64,000 nucleotides of DNA from Dromaius novaehollandiae (lineage: Eukaryota): the NCBI RefSeq assembly GCF_036370855.1, contig NC_088098.1:199927336-199991335 (forward strand). Reading direction: 5' to 3'. Made by a program: the position numbers and the translations under genes. Shown here one piece after another: positions 26,901 through 41,859 of this stretch. Under the pieces are notes generated by a model, which was not told the DNA's origin, did not search any database, and was given only the letters and a program-made list of their open reading frames with translations. The first letter of the stretch is position 1. Each line of letters begins with the position of its first letter.

Positions 26901-29900
26901 GAGAACAAGAATAGTGACAAAGTGGAGTTGGCTAGATTACTCATTTTTAAAGTTTTGTCTACATAAGCTAAAAAGAACAGAGATGGAAATCTATGGATGA
27001 CATGCAAGCAAATGCTGAGAAAACTACTGGAAGGAAAAAAAAAAAAAAGAAAAGAAGTTCAAACATGTATAATTTAATTCAGTTCTTTTACTTCTTCCAA
27101 CAGAGAAGTTGTATGTTCAGTCACAAGTTCACAGAGCTGCTGTTCAAAAACAAATGCTGCACAACCCTGTCTTGCTCTAATTGCAGGAATATTTTGTCTT
27201 TGCAGCAGTAGCCCTGATAGTGAAAAACAACAAGGATAGAACTGTCAGGATTTACATTTATGAAGAACGTTATTCTCTTCCCAAAGTGATAAATCTAAGT
27301 AATGAATAGTTCAACAGTCAGCACGTGAGGTAGCTTGTCTGTTGATTGGATATGTATACAGCTATAATTTTTCCAGTTCTTTTAATTAGGTAATGCCTTT
27401 GGTTATTTCAGGAGTTGCTTTTCCAGCCTCAATTGCGATAGTCATTTTTCAAGGGTAGTTCTTAAAGTTTTCCTTATCTCCTCCTCTGCTTAGTGAATTT
27501 CAGTCACACAATGGCAGCTACTGTAATTTGTGGGGTGGGGATGGTATAGGTATGGAGTGCTTAAATTGGCTTTTGCTAATGTCAGCTACAGGCTGCTTGG
27601 CTTACATCCTTGTTCAATCACTGCATTGCACTTCCAAGTGTTACCTTTCATGAATTATGAATGTGATGTTCTCAAGGTGCTGATGTGAGCAAGCTTGAAC
27701 AGGAACTTAGGACTATTATATCCAAATTTTGAAAAAATATAAAGCCATTACACTTGTACTATCAACAACACAAATTCCTTTGATATTTCAAAATGTTGTA
27801 CTGCAGAAAATGAGTATGTTGGATGGCTGCTTTGGTCTCTGAGTCACTGATTTTCTAATGAAGCAGCTGTCCCAGTTCTGCCTTTGTCTCCAGGTGCTCA
27901 AGTTGAGCTTTAAACTCTTTGGCTGTTTGCATTTGTTTTAGTTTACATGGTGTGGTGTGAACCAGAATCATTCAAGCTTATGGATAAATATGCTCTGTGA
28001 GAGCACACTTTGCAGTCAGATGCTGACCAAATGCAGTGTTTTGTACAGTTCAGAATCAAGAGAAATTGGCCGAAATAGGTTTTAAATACCATCGAAGTAC
28101 AATGAAGAGGAAGCAGGAACAAGGCTGAGGAGCAGGGTAGGAGAGCTAACTGTAAGCTCTTTGATGCTGCTCTATTAAAAATAGTGGAAGAATCTGGTAA
28201 CAGGTAAATGTTCTTTCTACCTTTCAAAGAAATTGATAGACAGTACACAGAACTTTGGATTTGAAATGTGGACTTCATCTGAGAGACATGGAGCTTCTTT
28301 TCAAGACATAGTAAAGGATGTTTGTCTGTAACATGTTAGAATGGATTTTTTTTCCTCTTGTACATCGGAAGTTACAAACAGGTAACTATGAAGCACCAGC
28401 TTTTGTATTTTAGTCTGTTCATAAGCATTTTCTCATTAATGTTATTTACAAATTTGAATATGTGAGCATTTTAAGTATGGGCTTGCATCTTAATCTGAAT
28501 GAATCCCGTGTATGATTAAAAGTAATGCTAACAGTCAATCTGTCTGATATTCAGAATACCTTAATCTTGAAGATGATGCCAACTGATCTGACCTAGGTAT
28601 CTTCCATATGTAAGGTGACGACAAAAGGAATTTCCCTGTTTCTTACCATGTGGTCTTAGCCTAAGCCTGTGCAAAAGTGGTTTCGTTATTGAAGGCCTTT
28701 GTAGTTTGCTTTCAAATGAATGAAGTTTTAGCTAAAGTAGAGTGTCTTTTAGGAAATAAAAAAAGGTTAATTTTAATAGTAGTCCTAAAACACACTGACA
28801 TACCCAGCAGTTCAGTCTGTTATCCAAACTTGTAAATATTGCTAATATCTTGGTTTTCTTCAGTCCTCTTTATTACACACTAGTAGGTACTTCCTTAGTT
28901 CTAGTTACGTGAGAGCCCGGGCTTTTTTGTTTGTTTGTTTGATATTCTATTCATATTTTATTTGTTTGATATTTCAAACTATTTCACATTGGGTAGGAAC
29001 AATGACTTTTTATCCTGTAAGAAGTTGTCCCTCCCTATTTAAATTAAAATGAGATAAGAAAGATGGTAACAAGGAAGTTGAGATAAATCTTAGTGGAGCG
29101 TCAGTAATATGTTCAATTGTACAAGGACAAAGACATGTCTGAGTCCCAGCTTGCCAGATGGTGAATCTTGCATGATAGTAGGAAGTTGAGAATCTCTGCT
29201 CTAGTATTAGATAGTCGAATTCACAGAATATTCTGCCTTAAAAATGTATCACAGGTTCCTTGGTGTTACTATACACGACTTTTTCCCAGGTCTGAATAGT
29301 AATCTGCTTAGACTAGGCAAGTGCAGGCTTTGTTTACTGTGAAGACTTGATATGTCATATTGAAACACATAGGTAGGTTAAAGTAAAAGTTTTCATGAGA
29401 AATGTTACCTTTATTCAACGTTGTCTTGTGTTTTTTTTGTAAACAGGTCTTATTTCAATGGACCAATACAGGATAGAGCATTTGCAGGATACACTGCAAA
29501 TTATTAATGCTGTGTTTTCATCTTTATTGTGAAATACAGGTTCCATTTCCTGTCTCTTTCCAGTCCAATGCAAGATCCTGTTTTCTCTACCAAATATAGT
29601 TTTATTACAATAGATGCTATTTATTACAATACAAGTAGCTGTTTTGTATTTGTCATGGTGAAGCAGTCAGAAATTAAAAAGTCAGTATTCCCCCAGTAGA
29701 ATTGAGCACAGGAAAGAAATTATTTAATTGTGAAAAAGTAATTATCAAATCTAAATAAAACTTTAACTTTCTTGATCTGTATGAATTAAGGTAACAAGCT
29801 ATTACGTGGTTAGCTACTGAATGCTTCCTTACCAAGAAAGTTGCATATAGTTCCATATTGCTATACATTATGTTTTCAGGTGAAGCATTTCAAAGATGAA

Positions 29901-32799
29901 AGTTCTTTGAGTGAAACTTAAGTTGTTGATCTTTATGTAGACCACAGGCTGCCCTTCCCTTTCCCCCAGCACAATCATATGGCTTAAGAAGTTTTAGCCC
30001 CACAAAGATTTTTCAATTCAGCTGTCATTATTTTGGAAGAGGAAGTTAGGACACTGGCCTTACTTGGCACCTGCTTCAAAAATGACAGGTAAGGAATCTT
30101 ACAGGAGGGAATGGGGAGCATTGCATAAAGTTGTATAAAGCAGCATTGCTAATGCTTATTTCAGAAGTAAATGCTCTGTACATCAGTTTTACAATTCCTT
30201 AGTAATACAGCTTTTATGAACTAAAAGAGAAAGTTGGGTTATGCACAATCCAGGAAGCTTCCCTTGAAACTAGAATGTCTTCTCCCATTTTTTTGGAAGC
30301 TCAAAATATCCTCAAACTAGTGAGGTAATCGCATCTCAACTATATACAAGTATTCTATATTACAAAGCCTGTGGTGATTTTCAGTGGTGTTAAAAAATGT
30401 AAAATCTGTGAAAACCATCTCTTAGGCTTTGCCTACACTCATCTTTTGCTTCTTTAAAAACATTTTTAAAAAAATATTTCTAAATCAAAATTGATAATAA
30501 AATATGCATGCATATTTAAATGTCTCTAAATTTTTCCTAGTGGTTCTCTCATCTCAGATTGCATAGTTGTAAACTTGTTTGCACAGTGCATAGCACAGTA
30601 ATATCCTGCCTTTTGGCTCTGTGTTAGTACTAGAGTAATACAGATAATACTTGGATTTGTCCTAGTAGTGTTGGTTTAACTACATGTAGTTTTCAGCAGA
30701 CTGTTAAATTTGTTCCAAGTTCTCTGTGTGTAAACAAGCTGTAAATATCTGTGATTAGATGAACTCATGCAAAGTTTCTAGAAAGTGACTTAAAAACAAG
30801 CTTATGAAATGTTAGCTGTAATTTTAATGCTGAGTGATACAATGGTTTTAGATCCTTTTGATCTGTCAATTTTCTTAATTTTTTTTTTTTTTTTGTTAAC
30901 TGGTTAAGTCCCATGTACTTGTCACTGTTTCTAGGTGAAAGAGATGGTGAGGGTTAGGTGTTTTCCCTTGCCCCTTCGGCAATTTTTACTTCATAGCTGT
31001 TCGTGATAAGGTAAAATACCATAAAATGCTCATGAACTTAGCAACTATGTAAAAAGATGTGTGACTTCTGAATGGAGAAAACTGTACTATTACTTTAGTC
31101 TCAGCATGAACATAGTCATTGAATGTGGAAACCTGGACATGAGAAGGAACCCTCTGCTGTATTAATGCCAACAGATACAGAATGGATAATTATGAAAATC
31201 ATTTGCTTATTAGCTAGCTATTCTGACCGATTTCTCAGCTTGATGCAGGGGTGTTAGTGAATATAGAGAATGGGCCACTAATCCAAAATGTGTGATTGCT
31301 GTTCTGTTTCATGTAGGAGTATTTTAATGAATATTTATGGCTGCAACCTCGTAATTGACAAAATTTCATGAAAATTTAATAATGTGTAACGTAATAAACA
31401 ATTTCATTCTATTGTGGAATAGAAGTCTGGGTGATAGTTAACTTATTTCCCTTCTGTTAATCAAATCCAAAGCTCTTTGAAATCATAGGGAGTCCTTAAT
31501 TTCCGCTAAAAAATTGAGCTTCCTTTCCTATTAAATGTATGGTATTATATCTAAGAAAGTAATGACTCCCCCATCTACTTTCATGAAATTTGCAGTGTAC
31601 TTAAAAATTTCAGTGTCTTCAAATTTATGCCTTAAGCTGCACACACAGGTGAAATCTCTGCAGTTTCTGTTTAAAGTTTAGTTTCAAACATATGCATCAT
31701 CCCCCAAATACTTAAGAAATAATTCAACTTCTGTATGAGTTTTGTATTACAGGCAAAATAGAAGAAATGTGTCCCTTGAACATAATACTGTCACTGGTAC
31801 TCGTTTATTGTCTAGTCAGTACTAACTGCCCCTATTTCTTATTTTTGGAAATCTGATTCCAGAAGAGGAATATTAGTATGTTCACATTCCTCATTCTGTG
31901 TAAGGTGCTAACTTTGGATATGTTACAGCTTGTAAATTGAAAATCATGCAACAGATGTAAAAAATTTTTAGTCGTCTTCTAGATGAAGGAAAATGAATGC
32001 CTTGTTGGCTTAGTTAAAGTAGCACTTGTCCTTTGTTTCTAGGAACTTAATTAGGCTTTGTGAGCCTAATTTTGGTAGTGTTTATTTTTTCCTCAAGTGT
32101 TTGCAAGTACATGTCCTTAAGGAAAATTTTCAGAACATAGGATTGGAAAAGAGTATGTTGGAGTTTGTCTCCTGCAATCACTGGCAGCCATGCAATGATG
32201 TCCAGTTGATACTTGATCTTTTAATCTCTGATTTTATTGTTGCTAATATACCTTTTTGGCTTCAGCAGGGTCTGCTTGTGAATAAGGTGAGCAAGGTTCA
32301 ACCAGACTTGAGTCTAAGAAAGCTAAGAAAAATGAAGAGGAAAAAATTGTTTGACTATTTAAAAATGTTTAGTACTGTATCTTCTGTTAGTACTTTGGCA
32401 GCCAACGTTGTTATCTTACCTTTTAATAGGAAGTCCTGAACAAATGCAAATAGGAGCACAGCTCTGCAGATCATCTGTCTCGGGGGTTCCTTTTGCTAAC
32501 CCCTGGTAAATGACCAGAAGGGATTGTGTGTTATCCTGAGAACAACTCGGAACTGGAGTTCGTCCTTTCTGTGTGACGGATAGTGGGCATGCTACTCACA
32601 AAATGATACATATTCCTGCTGATGCAAAATGTCATGGTCTCCTTCAGTGGAAGTCAAAATTTACCTATGCTGCTGTTCAGTGTCACTAGGTAATTTTTTA
32701 AGTAGACATAAAATAAAGGGGAAAATGAGGGTATTATAAGGGGAAAACTCTTTGTTATGATAGCCACCAAAGTAAATCCTGATATTTTGAAAAAAAAGT

Positions 32800-32826
32800 G
32801 GGGGGGGGGGGAGGGAGGGAGGGAGG
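32800..32826 (+). repeat. G12 homopolymer followed by (GAGG/GGGA)n, a potential G-quadruplex motif
   Basis: The run gtgggggggggggggagggagggagggagg is seen directly in the sequence. Confidence 0.8.
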
Positions 32827-35800
32827 CCGTTCGGTCTGTCAGTCAAGCTAATGAAGCTGCATAGCTATGTATGCTCTGAGAAGGAAACAGAGCAATGTAT
32901 GAGAGTGCAAGATAAATGTAAAAGGTGCTTCAGTGTCATAGGTTGTCATGGCTTTCTGTTTCTGCTTGGTATGTTGCTGTGGCAGTCTGGAGCTTGTCTT
33001 GCATACCAATTTTGTATTGGAAGGATGGGGAATACTGTGTTAAGCTGAATGTATATAACTTGTGAGTTACAGCTTGTACTGAAGAGCTGGTTTTCCTTTT
33101 TCCTTGATAACGGCACAGTATATGCACAGTATTGTATTGCTTCATCTTACGTGCTTGCAAAGCAGTGCATCTGTTCTTTTCAGAATATGCATGTTTATCA
33201 TGCTGTCAGCCATTTAGAATATTTCAGATTCATTTTACTGAGCACCTAATCCACTTACTAAGCTTTAATTATTTTTTAGAGAAATTAAGTTTTATCATGA
33301 AGAAGATTCTTTGTCTGTTACTTTGAAAATAACTGTTTGGCTCTGTTCCTGCTCACTGTCACAATTCCCTTTTTCAGCATTAGCTGCCAGGTTGTGTTAA
33401 GAGTAATTACTGTAATTAAAGTGTCTCATGATTTGGAGTAGAGAGATTGGAATGATCTTTCACTTCTTGGGGGAACAGAATTCTGAAGAAACAGTGCAGC
33501 AGTGAATACATATTCTTAAAAATCATTCTATAATTGTTTTGTTCATATTGAATTATAGTAAATGGAATAATCAATAGCACTACTGTATGGTCTTGCTGGC
33601 TGGTTATAGGGGTCGTTTTCAAAAGCATAACAAGAGGATTTATTTGAGAGTTTAGCTACAACCTTGTCACTTGTATCTTCATTTTAGTTGCTAAGAATCT
33701 GGCTCACTGCATTTTCTCCAGTAAGTCTGAGTGGCCAGGAAAGAGAAAACAGTATATATTAGCTGTAACGGAAGCTGGAGAGACTGTGTGTTAGGTATTT
33801 GGGGGTTTTAGCCTTGCTGATTGTGGATTGGGTGGTGAGGGGGAAGTCTATGCAAAAACCTAACGTTAGTATTGAAATACAGACTGAACATTTGGCAGTT
33901 TGTCATTGTGGTTTCCTTTTAAGAAACATACCTTTAATTTTCAATCACTGAAGTGATTTCTCCATATGGAAGTGATGTTTCTGGACACTTTATCTGCATT
34001 GTAACTAATGTTTCTCCAGACAACAATTCTAGCCTGGTCCCTGAGTTTGACAGTCGTAGCTATGGTGATTTTATACCTGACCTATTAACGGATTTTAATA
34101 GTATGGCTTGCAAAATTATAGCTCTAGTTATAAAGGATTAGAAGGCCGTGGTCTGTAATATCTGTTTTTAATAAGGTGGTACTCATCCAGCTGAAATTCT
34201 ATGTTATGGACTAGATGATAGAATTTTTGAAGTTGGATACTTCCAAAGTAGGTAGAAGTTCAGTAGTTGGTGAAGCAAATTACACCATGCAAAACAAAAA
34301 AGGATGGAGGGGGGAAGCAAGTGGGAGAATTGAAGAAGTTACAGCAGCTTCTAAGAGGACTCCATTATTAAATTGAATTGAGCCAACTTTGAAATTGTAT
34401 TTAATCTGAGCTACTAGCTTCAACCAATTTTCAGCAGTATCTGATCAGGTGAATGTTGCCCTTTGCTGTAAATGTTCTGTGTTTGTGTATTGTAACTTGC
34501 ACATGTCACTTCTGAGTTGCTTTTTAAGGCTGTTCATTAAGTGAAGCTAGCCTAATAGGTGCAACTAATGTATGGCTTTCCAAAGTAAGTCTTTCTGCAA
34601 CAGATACTTTGCAAGATGTGCTAGCAGTTTCTGGACTTGGAGCTGAACCTCAGGATGTTGGTAAATTGTTTTAAGAAGTTTTATCACAGACCGTACAGAG
34701 CTGCGCTCATGCTGCTGTTGTGATCCAAGGCTCTCCAGTCAGTCTTACGCTGTATGGAGGTTTTTTTAGGGTTCCTTAGCTCTGCAGCATGTTTATGTTT
34801 CCCCAGCCTGAGTAATGGGTTGGGTTAAACCTATCAAACATTGCAGTACTTACATACTATTTTAAAGTTGAAGTGTTTGTGGAGAAGACACAATTTTTAA
34901 TTAAGAGGGGAGGGAGGGAATGTGTGTGTTTAAGTGAAAGTTATTTTGACGCCTGAATGACTGGGAGAGAAGACACCAGAGTTTAGGACGGATACTCTTA
35001 ATAACTCTTTTAATCATTGTGCAGAGCTCTATTTGAATATATTTACAATAGTTTTAATGTGTATTAATAAACGTAGTAGGAATAAAATTACACCCTGACT
35101 TGTTCAAAGTTGTAACCACGTTTACTGTGAATGCAGGAGAGTTATTACAGAAGACTTGAAATGGCAAACATCTTGACTTTCACATCCATTTCTAACACTT
35201 TTTAGCTTTTAGTATTGAAATATGTTTTAGACATGCATGCGATTCTGGTCTGAGATGTTGTTATAAAGTAGGACATTTTACTCAATTTATATCTCATATA
35301 TAATTCAGTTGTATTTTTTTCAGAGATAGTTTACCTATTTTAAGTATTTATTAACAGTACGTACCACAGCAGGCTGAGGAATGTGGAGGAGAGTAGATTT
35401 CTGCTTTCATACCTTTAAAACAACTGTAGTGAGAATAGTTATCTCACATTTTGTTAAGAACACCATTATGTGCAGGGATCCTAATTATTTCGGAAGCAGG
35501 GCACGAGAGGGATACCTTTGGTCTTGCGTTTTGGCTGACCTAGCAGAAAAAAATTTGCTTGAGTATGTGTGTGTTGAAAGCCCTCCAGAGAGAAGATGGA
35601 ACTTAGGACAAGTGTCAGGAATGGATTTTTTTCAGAACAGAACTTCACTGACTGTGGTTCAAGCTGAAGTATGAAAATGTAGGAACCTGTTCTGGTTTTT
35701 GAACCAGCTAGTTGTTAAATATTGGGGAGTGAGATTCAATTTATAATCTTAAGAGTAGAGAGATCTGTGTACATACAGCTACATGGTAAGAATGGCTAGA

Positions 35801-38800
35801 GAGTAAATGGATTTGTCTAATACTGTGAAGATTCATTAAGACTTATTTCCCTTTTTAAAAGTGGCTGTTTGAAAAAGCTATTTTCTAGTTTTTTTCTCTG
35901 GTTATTCACTGTCTCTTTATTTTTTAGGTTACTATTACAGTATTAAAATGCACATGAAGATGGGCTTGTGCGGAATCCTTCTGCTGCCTTATGACTATAT
36001 AAGGGCAAGATTTGAAACCAAGTTTTAGTATAAGGTATGTATTAGGATATTCAGCTTTTTTCAGCAATTACTGAAATTAGGAGTCTGCTTTTTGTTCACA
36101 TTTGCCATTTGATGTAGAATAATTCTGCTTATATATTCCAACTAATACTTGCTTTCAGATAATGTATGTCTGTTTTTTGCATAATTCCTGTCAGTTGTTA
36201 ATTTGTTTTTAAAATACTTGAAGTATGCGTACACAGCCTTTTGCAGACAGCTCAAAATCTGGCTAGCCCTAATGCATCTTATACGCCCAAACCATATGCT
36301 ACACTAATGTAGCTGTGTCCAAGCTAATGGGTTTTGTGGATGCCTTGTGCTCAGAATCCAGTTTGTATGAACATTGTAGTTTCCAGATCTGAACCATCTT
36401 TTGGTATAATCTACCCTAGGTGTTGGCAGCATCTGTGTGGGACTGACAGATACAAGTTTTAATGAGAGATTTATACCATTTGATTCAGTAGTTCTAAATT
36501 TCCAGAATGTCAGTTGCTTTCATAAAGTGCAGATCATTTTAAATACTGATGGAATTTGAGATTTGCAAGTTGTACTGATACAACGAGGAATTTGGGCAAG
36601 TTCTCTTTTGTGTTCATGGTTGGCGTAGTAATGATATGAGAGCTGTCTCTATTTCTCTATTTACTGTTAACACATCTATAATCAAGGTACAGCGTATAAT
36701 ACTCTATCTTTTTTTGCCATCAGAGGAGTTCTTTTATTGGTTTTTACTGATTGCCAAGTCAGCTGGCAAGTTAAGTGTGGGAAGCAGTGAAACCTGCGAG
36801 ATTTGCTTAGGAAGTATAAACATGACAGGGTCCTTTGTCATTCTCTAAAAAAGCATGGAAGGAAGAGGGCAAAATGAGAAAGATTCTTTGTGCAGTATCT
36901 CAAACTGTACTGTGAATTATAACTTAATACTGGAAAATTTTGAAAGTGGTCTTTGATTCTCAAGACGAAATAATTCAAAATTACTACTTGAGACAGGTAG
37001 AAATAGATAATTATGCTCTCCACAGAAGCTCTGTCTCCTTTTTGTACGTCTTTCTACCTGCAGTGTCTTGTTACATCTTTCACTTAGGTAGGACTGCTTT
37101 GTAAACAATTTTTCCAAAGACAGTTTCCTCCGTGTGTGCCTCAGATAGAGTTGGAGCTCTGCTCCCTAGTGTTGAAGTGCACCCTAGTAACTTGCTGCAT
37201 GCCAGAGAGCCTGCTGCTGGCTACTGGAAGTCACTTTTTCTCTCCCGAGCCCTGTAGTGCTGTCTCGCATCTCACCTCTGCAGCTGAAACTGGGGACACG
37301 CACTTCTTACCTGTTAGATACTTAAGACAGTGACACTGAGGAGCCAGATAACGGATACATGCTGTGGGTTTGCCTCGCTCATTGCTAAGGAATTGCTTGT
37401 TCCTTGTTCCTTTCTCGTTGCTGTAAAATCGTAATATAAGCTAAGCTAAGGAAATTACAAAACTAAAAGCATTGATTCACAAGGTCTAAAACAGACAATA
37501 CAGCTAAAACTTTATCCAGAAAAGCCCCTGAAGACAATGAAGTGGTAGTAGGAGAAGCATTTGATTTATGTATGCTAAGTTTAAATCATAAGAGGTCTTT
37601 CTATCTAGCTGACCATTTGTCTTGACCAAGTAGCTGTTAGGAATTTGGTGTTTTTGCTTATCCTTACATATCAGACTGCAGCCATGCAAGAGAGCTGTTT
37701 GAGAGCCTCCACAGAGAAGGCTAGCTTAGTCACTGGCGAGTTTCCCAGGAGTTGCACATTTTTTCTCCCCTTGACTTATTCTGTTCCTTTCCTGTGAAGG
37801 GAAGAGAGGATGGCCAGAGTTCCTTGGAGATACAAGTGTTTCTTTGACTAGCTAAATAATGACTCTTTGTCTCAGTAGAGTGATAAAATTCCTTCTTTCC
37901 CCCACTATTCATTTGCATGCGCACACTTCAGGTTGCAGTTCCAGAACTGTGAACCTGCTTAGCAAACCCTAACACCCTACTTAAATTGCAGTAAAAGTTG
38001 AGAAAAGATGAGATTAAAATGAGTGGCTTGAATGCAAACTGCAAAAAGTTGCAAAAGATTGTGGGAGAATGAGCCAAATCAGTCAAAATTACACCTGCTC
38101 AGTTTGCTCTTTCTCAACCTTTTGATGAGCAGTATTTTGAATAGATGAATGCTGGCTTCAGTATGGGTGCCATTACTTTCCCTTCTTCCACTTTAGGAAT
38201 AAATTTGCATACAGTTTTGTTATACCAGTGTGGACTGGGCTCTGATGTAATTTTTAGTGAAGCTAAAATATTCTGTTAGTCTTTTTGCTGCTGAAATACC
38301 TATAATGTATTAGAGAATTCTAGATAACTGCTTGTTGCTGCTATTTAGAAAAGCATAAGCAGTTCCCAGCTCTTGATCTATTCAGCTATATTAGCTAATA
38401 TTTACAAGCTTCTCTGTAGTTCACTGTTTGAGTCTTGCTATTTGCTACAGTTCAGTTACAGAAATACTTTCTTGGGCAGTTTTTTAATCACTGAGAGTAT
38501 CTTGTAACACTTCAGCCTGAATCTTACTTCCTGAAAATGTTGTTCTACATTGCATTAGGTTTTAAAGAAAGCTACTGGTGGCTGTACAGCCTTGAAAATG
38601 GAAGATAACTTTCTGCTGCACCATGATTGTGTGCAAAATTCTGCTCTTCAAGTCAGCATTAAAAGGATCATCTGTGGTGAGAATACAGTGTTTTTAGTCA
38701 TTAGAACATTTACAGTGGCTGATACTTTTGTGATGAAATCTGTGTCCAGGGTACTAGGTTAGCAATCCATGTGAGTTAGCTTGCGTTATTTGTGTGTACA

Positions 38801-39959
38801 ACATCTGTGTTCTTTTTTCTTCATTGTTCTCTATGCCCTTGGACACTCAAGTAATCCTGTTATCCCATAAAATTGTAATTGGGGCACCTAGTTGAATAGC
38901 AGAGAGGGATGAATTGATACCTCTCACTTAGGCTGTATTCTGTTTTGTGTTCTGTTTTTTGACAGTTTCAGTAGTCCTGCAGACCTGAGCAAATAGGGCC
39001 AACGAATTCTTTTCGTAAAATGATGAGAGTAATCATCAGCATGGAGACTTATCAATACCAATCTGTTTACCACCTTTTCTTCCCCCACCAACCACTGCAG
39101 ATTGGAAAAGAAGCACTGGAAAAATCTGATGACATTGAAGACACCTCTTCCTCTCTGAGGAGGAGACAGGTTATATCTTCTCCAATAAAGAAGGTGATAT
39201 CCAGCGTTAAGCAAGTTAAGCATTTTATAATAAAACTGATGTGAGAGAACTTTGATGCATAACTTAGCTTTTGACTCCTTTTACAATCTAGACTGTACTA
39301 GGAGGTAGATTTCGTTTTCAGGTCTCCAGTACTGGTTTTGGGAAATGGCATTGATAGAAGGATTTAAATTTGCAGATACTACAATTGGAATCAAGGTAAA
39401 TGATGCATTAAAATACTGTTTTTAGATTAAATGATTGTTTTTGGATTAATAAACACTAGTGGAGGTAAATGAGTAAGAAAATATTTTAAAGCACTAATAC
39501 GTAACAAAATAAGGGAAAATACAGTACTACTTACATTTAAAAAAAAACAGTAGTCTGGATTTTGTTTAGGCTACAGCATCAAGTTTAAAATAGAACAGTA
39601 ATAGTAGTTACCTAGTAAAAATTGTGTGAGGTAGCAACAGTTTAAAAGAACTGTGAGAAAATGTTAACTGGGAGATTAAAGCTGCAGTGAGATTTCATGA
39701 TCTATGAAGTTAAGTTTCATACTTGCAAGTTATGATAAAAATGATACCTGCTGTCTTAATGGGGCCTAAGATGAACAATAAAAACAATGAAATGAACAAT
39801 GAAAAATGAAAATTAATTTTGGTGCATTAGATTTTAACATTGCACTGTAACATCACCAGTGTAACAATTTTTCAGGGTTTCTGTTTTTAATAAAACTATT
39901 TCAAATTAATCTATGAATAACAGGTTGTTTGTTTTGTATTTCCTGAAATCAGAAGAGGC

Positions 39960-40740
39960 AGCCTATGTGAACAGAGGGGCCGTCAGCAACCTGATGTAGT
40001 TCAGCAAAGGGAAATGCAAAGCCCTACACTGGGGACAGCATAACTTCGTGTAGTAGTGTGTAGCCTGGGCCCAGACAGGCTAGGAAGCAGCTTTGCAGAA
40101 AAGGATGTGGGTGTTCTCCTGCCAGACAGGAAGTTGACCATGAAGAAGGTGGCCAGCCACACTGTGGGCTGTATTAGCAAGTATGTGGCCACGCAGGTTC
40201 AAGGGAAGTGATCTTTCCACTCTGTTCAGCACTTCTGAGACTGCCTGGAGCACTGTGTCCAGTTTTGGGTTCTTCAAGACAAGAAGGGTGTATGGGAGTG
40301 AATCCAGTTAAGGCCACCACGATGATGGGGGGCTTGAGCACATACATTATCGAAGCAGGGAGAGAGACCTGGGTCTGTTCAGTTTGGAAAATGGGAAGGT
40401 GGGCATGGGTGGGAAACTTTACTGCTGTCTTCTAGTACCTAATGGGAGGGTATAGAGGAAAGGGACCCAGGCTCATCTTGGAGGTGCTTGGACAGAGCAG
40501 GGTGCACCAAGACAAGTTGGAACAAGGGAAATTCTTCTCCTAGGGGTGGGGGCTTTTTTCCCCTCCAAAATGAGGATTGTCACCCACTGCAACAAGTTGC
40601 CTGGAGAGTTTGTGAAACTTCCACTCAAAGCTCAACAAGCCCCTGCATAACCTGAAATTAGCACTGTTTTGGTGTGTGTGCAGAGGTTTGAACATGATAC
40701 CCTTCAGGAGGTTCTCTCCAAACTATCCTTTTCTAAATAT
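39960..40740 (+). mobile_element. CR1 LINE 3' fragment, older and more diverged copy
   Basis: Frame-broken remnants of the same CR1 ORF2 C-terminal motifs are present (...LQHCVQFWVLQDKKG..., ...GRETWVCSVWKMG..., ...FSPRGGGFFPLQNEDCHPLQQVAWRVCE...). It sits in the same orientation as the other CR1 copies. Confidence 0.65.
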
Positions 40741-41225
40741 GTACCCTGGAAATGAGGAAGTCATCTACAATTTTAAGTGTATTTAAATGTTGCATCATAC
40801 TACTAATAAAAATAGTGCAAGTCAGTGCTGGCTTGATCTGCTTAAACTGATTTGCCTGATACTGCAAATACTGAGAGTTCTTGATAATACCTTTGTTTTG
40901 AGAAGAGTAAATGCAGGAGACTCAGTCTATCAGGACTCCCAGTCTTGACCTCAAAACTGTCCTAGTGTGTTTGAGCCAGAGAAGTTTTGCCTGGTGGTTT
41001 GTGTGAGGGAATATTCACCTTTCCTCTTGTGTGAAAAACCACTTATGGCTTGACTGCATTAACTTACTGTGTTTCACAGAAATAGGAAGTGCTCCAATAC
41101 TGATACAGTACAGCAGACACATCCATGAAAGCAAGGGAAACTTCAGATGCTTTCACATCTCCCAGGCAAACTTTTCCACACAGGATGTCACAACTGGAAT
41201 GTACACAGAGCTTGGCAAAGCCCTG

Positions 41226-41239
41226 CCCCCCCCCCCCCC
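41226..41239 (+). repeat. C14 homopolymer
   Basis: The run ccctg(c)14ttttt is read directly from the sequence. Confidence 0.8.
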
Positions 41240-41859
41240 TTTTTGGATAAATCTGCATGTAAATAAATTCTTTGAAACTAGGGATTTGAAAGCTTAGTGT
41301 TTATGGCAGGGATAGCAGCTTTTTGTCCCTGTAATCAGTCAATAGGGATGATTGTGTTCTGTGCACGAAGTGTAACTGCTGTAACAGGTTTAACTGGAAT
41401 TTTCCTCCCCAAATTTATATCCCCTCCACTTGACTCCAGCAATGTTGGACAAGTTGTAATATCTCAGAAGAACAAGACTGCTTGTGAAAAAGCTAGGTGT
41501 TGGGATTCACAATCAAGAGATGACCATGTGGGTAATACTGTCCTTGAATGCTTGGTGGGTAACTTTTCCTGCTGAAACATGCCTCAACAATAAATATGTA
41601 TCATGTTTTAAAGGAGACAGCTGCCTGCATGTGTATATAGTCACAATTTCTTCAGTTTCCTTGTATGCATTTTTTGTGGTCTTAAAATGATGGATGTGCA
41701 GTTCCACCTTTAACAATCACATGCAATGGAGAAGAGCTGGATGATACTAAGGTCTGAACCATCTACTATAAATGAGTGCTAGCCAGCAGCAACTAAAGCA
41801 CAGGATTTTCTAAAGATTCAAGTCATGCAGTGAAGTATTAAGTCTGTCTCAAAAAGCTT

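Noticed and set aside
32026-32439. Largest track ORF (137 aa, + strand) in the intergenic region
   Set aside because: It has a TTG start, no acceptor or donor context, and a low-complexity AT-rich composition. It has no recognisable domain or similarity. It is most likely a chance ORF.
36980-37440. Possible solo LTR (a moderately GC-richer block ending near aatataagctaagctaagg)
   Set aside because: It has no clear TG...CA termini, no target-site duplication and no U3/R/U5 signals that I could verify by eye. I left it uncalled pending RepeatMasker.
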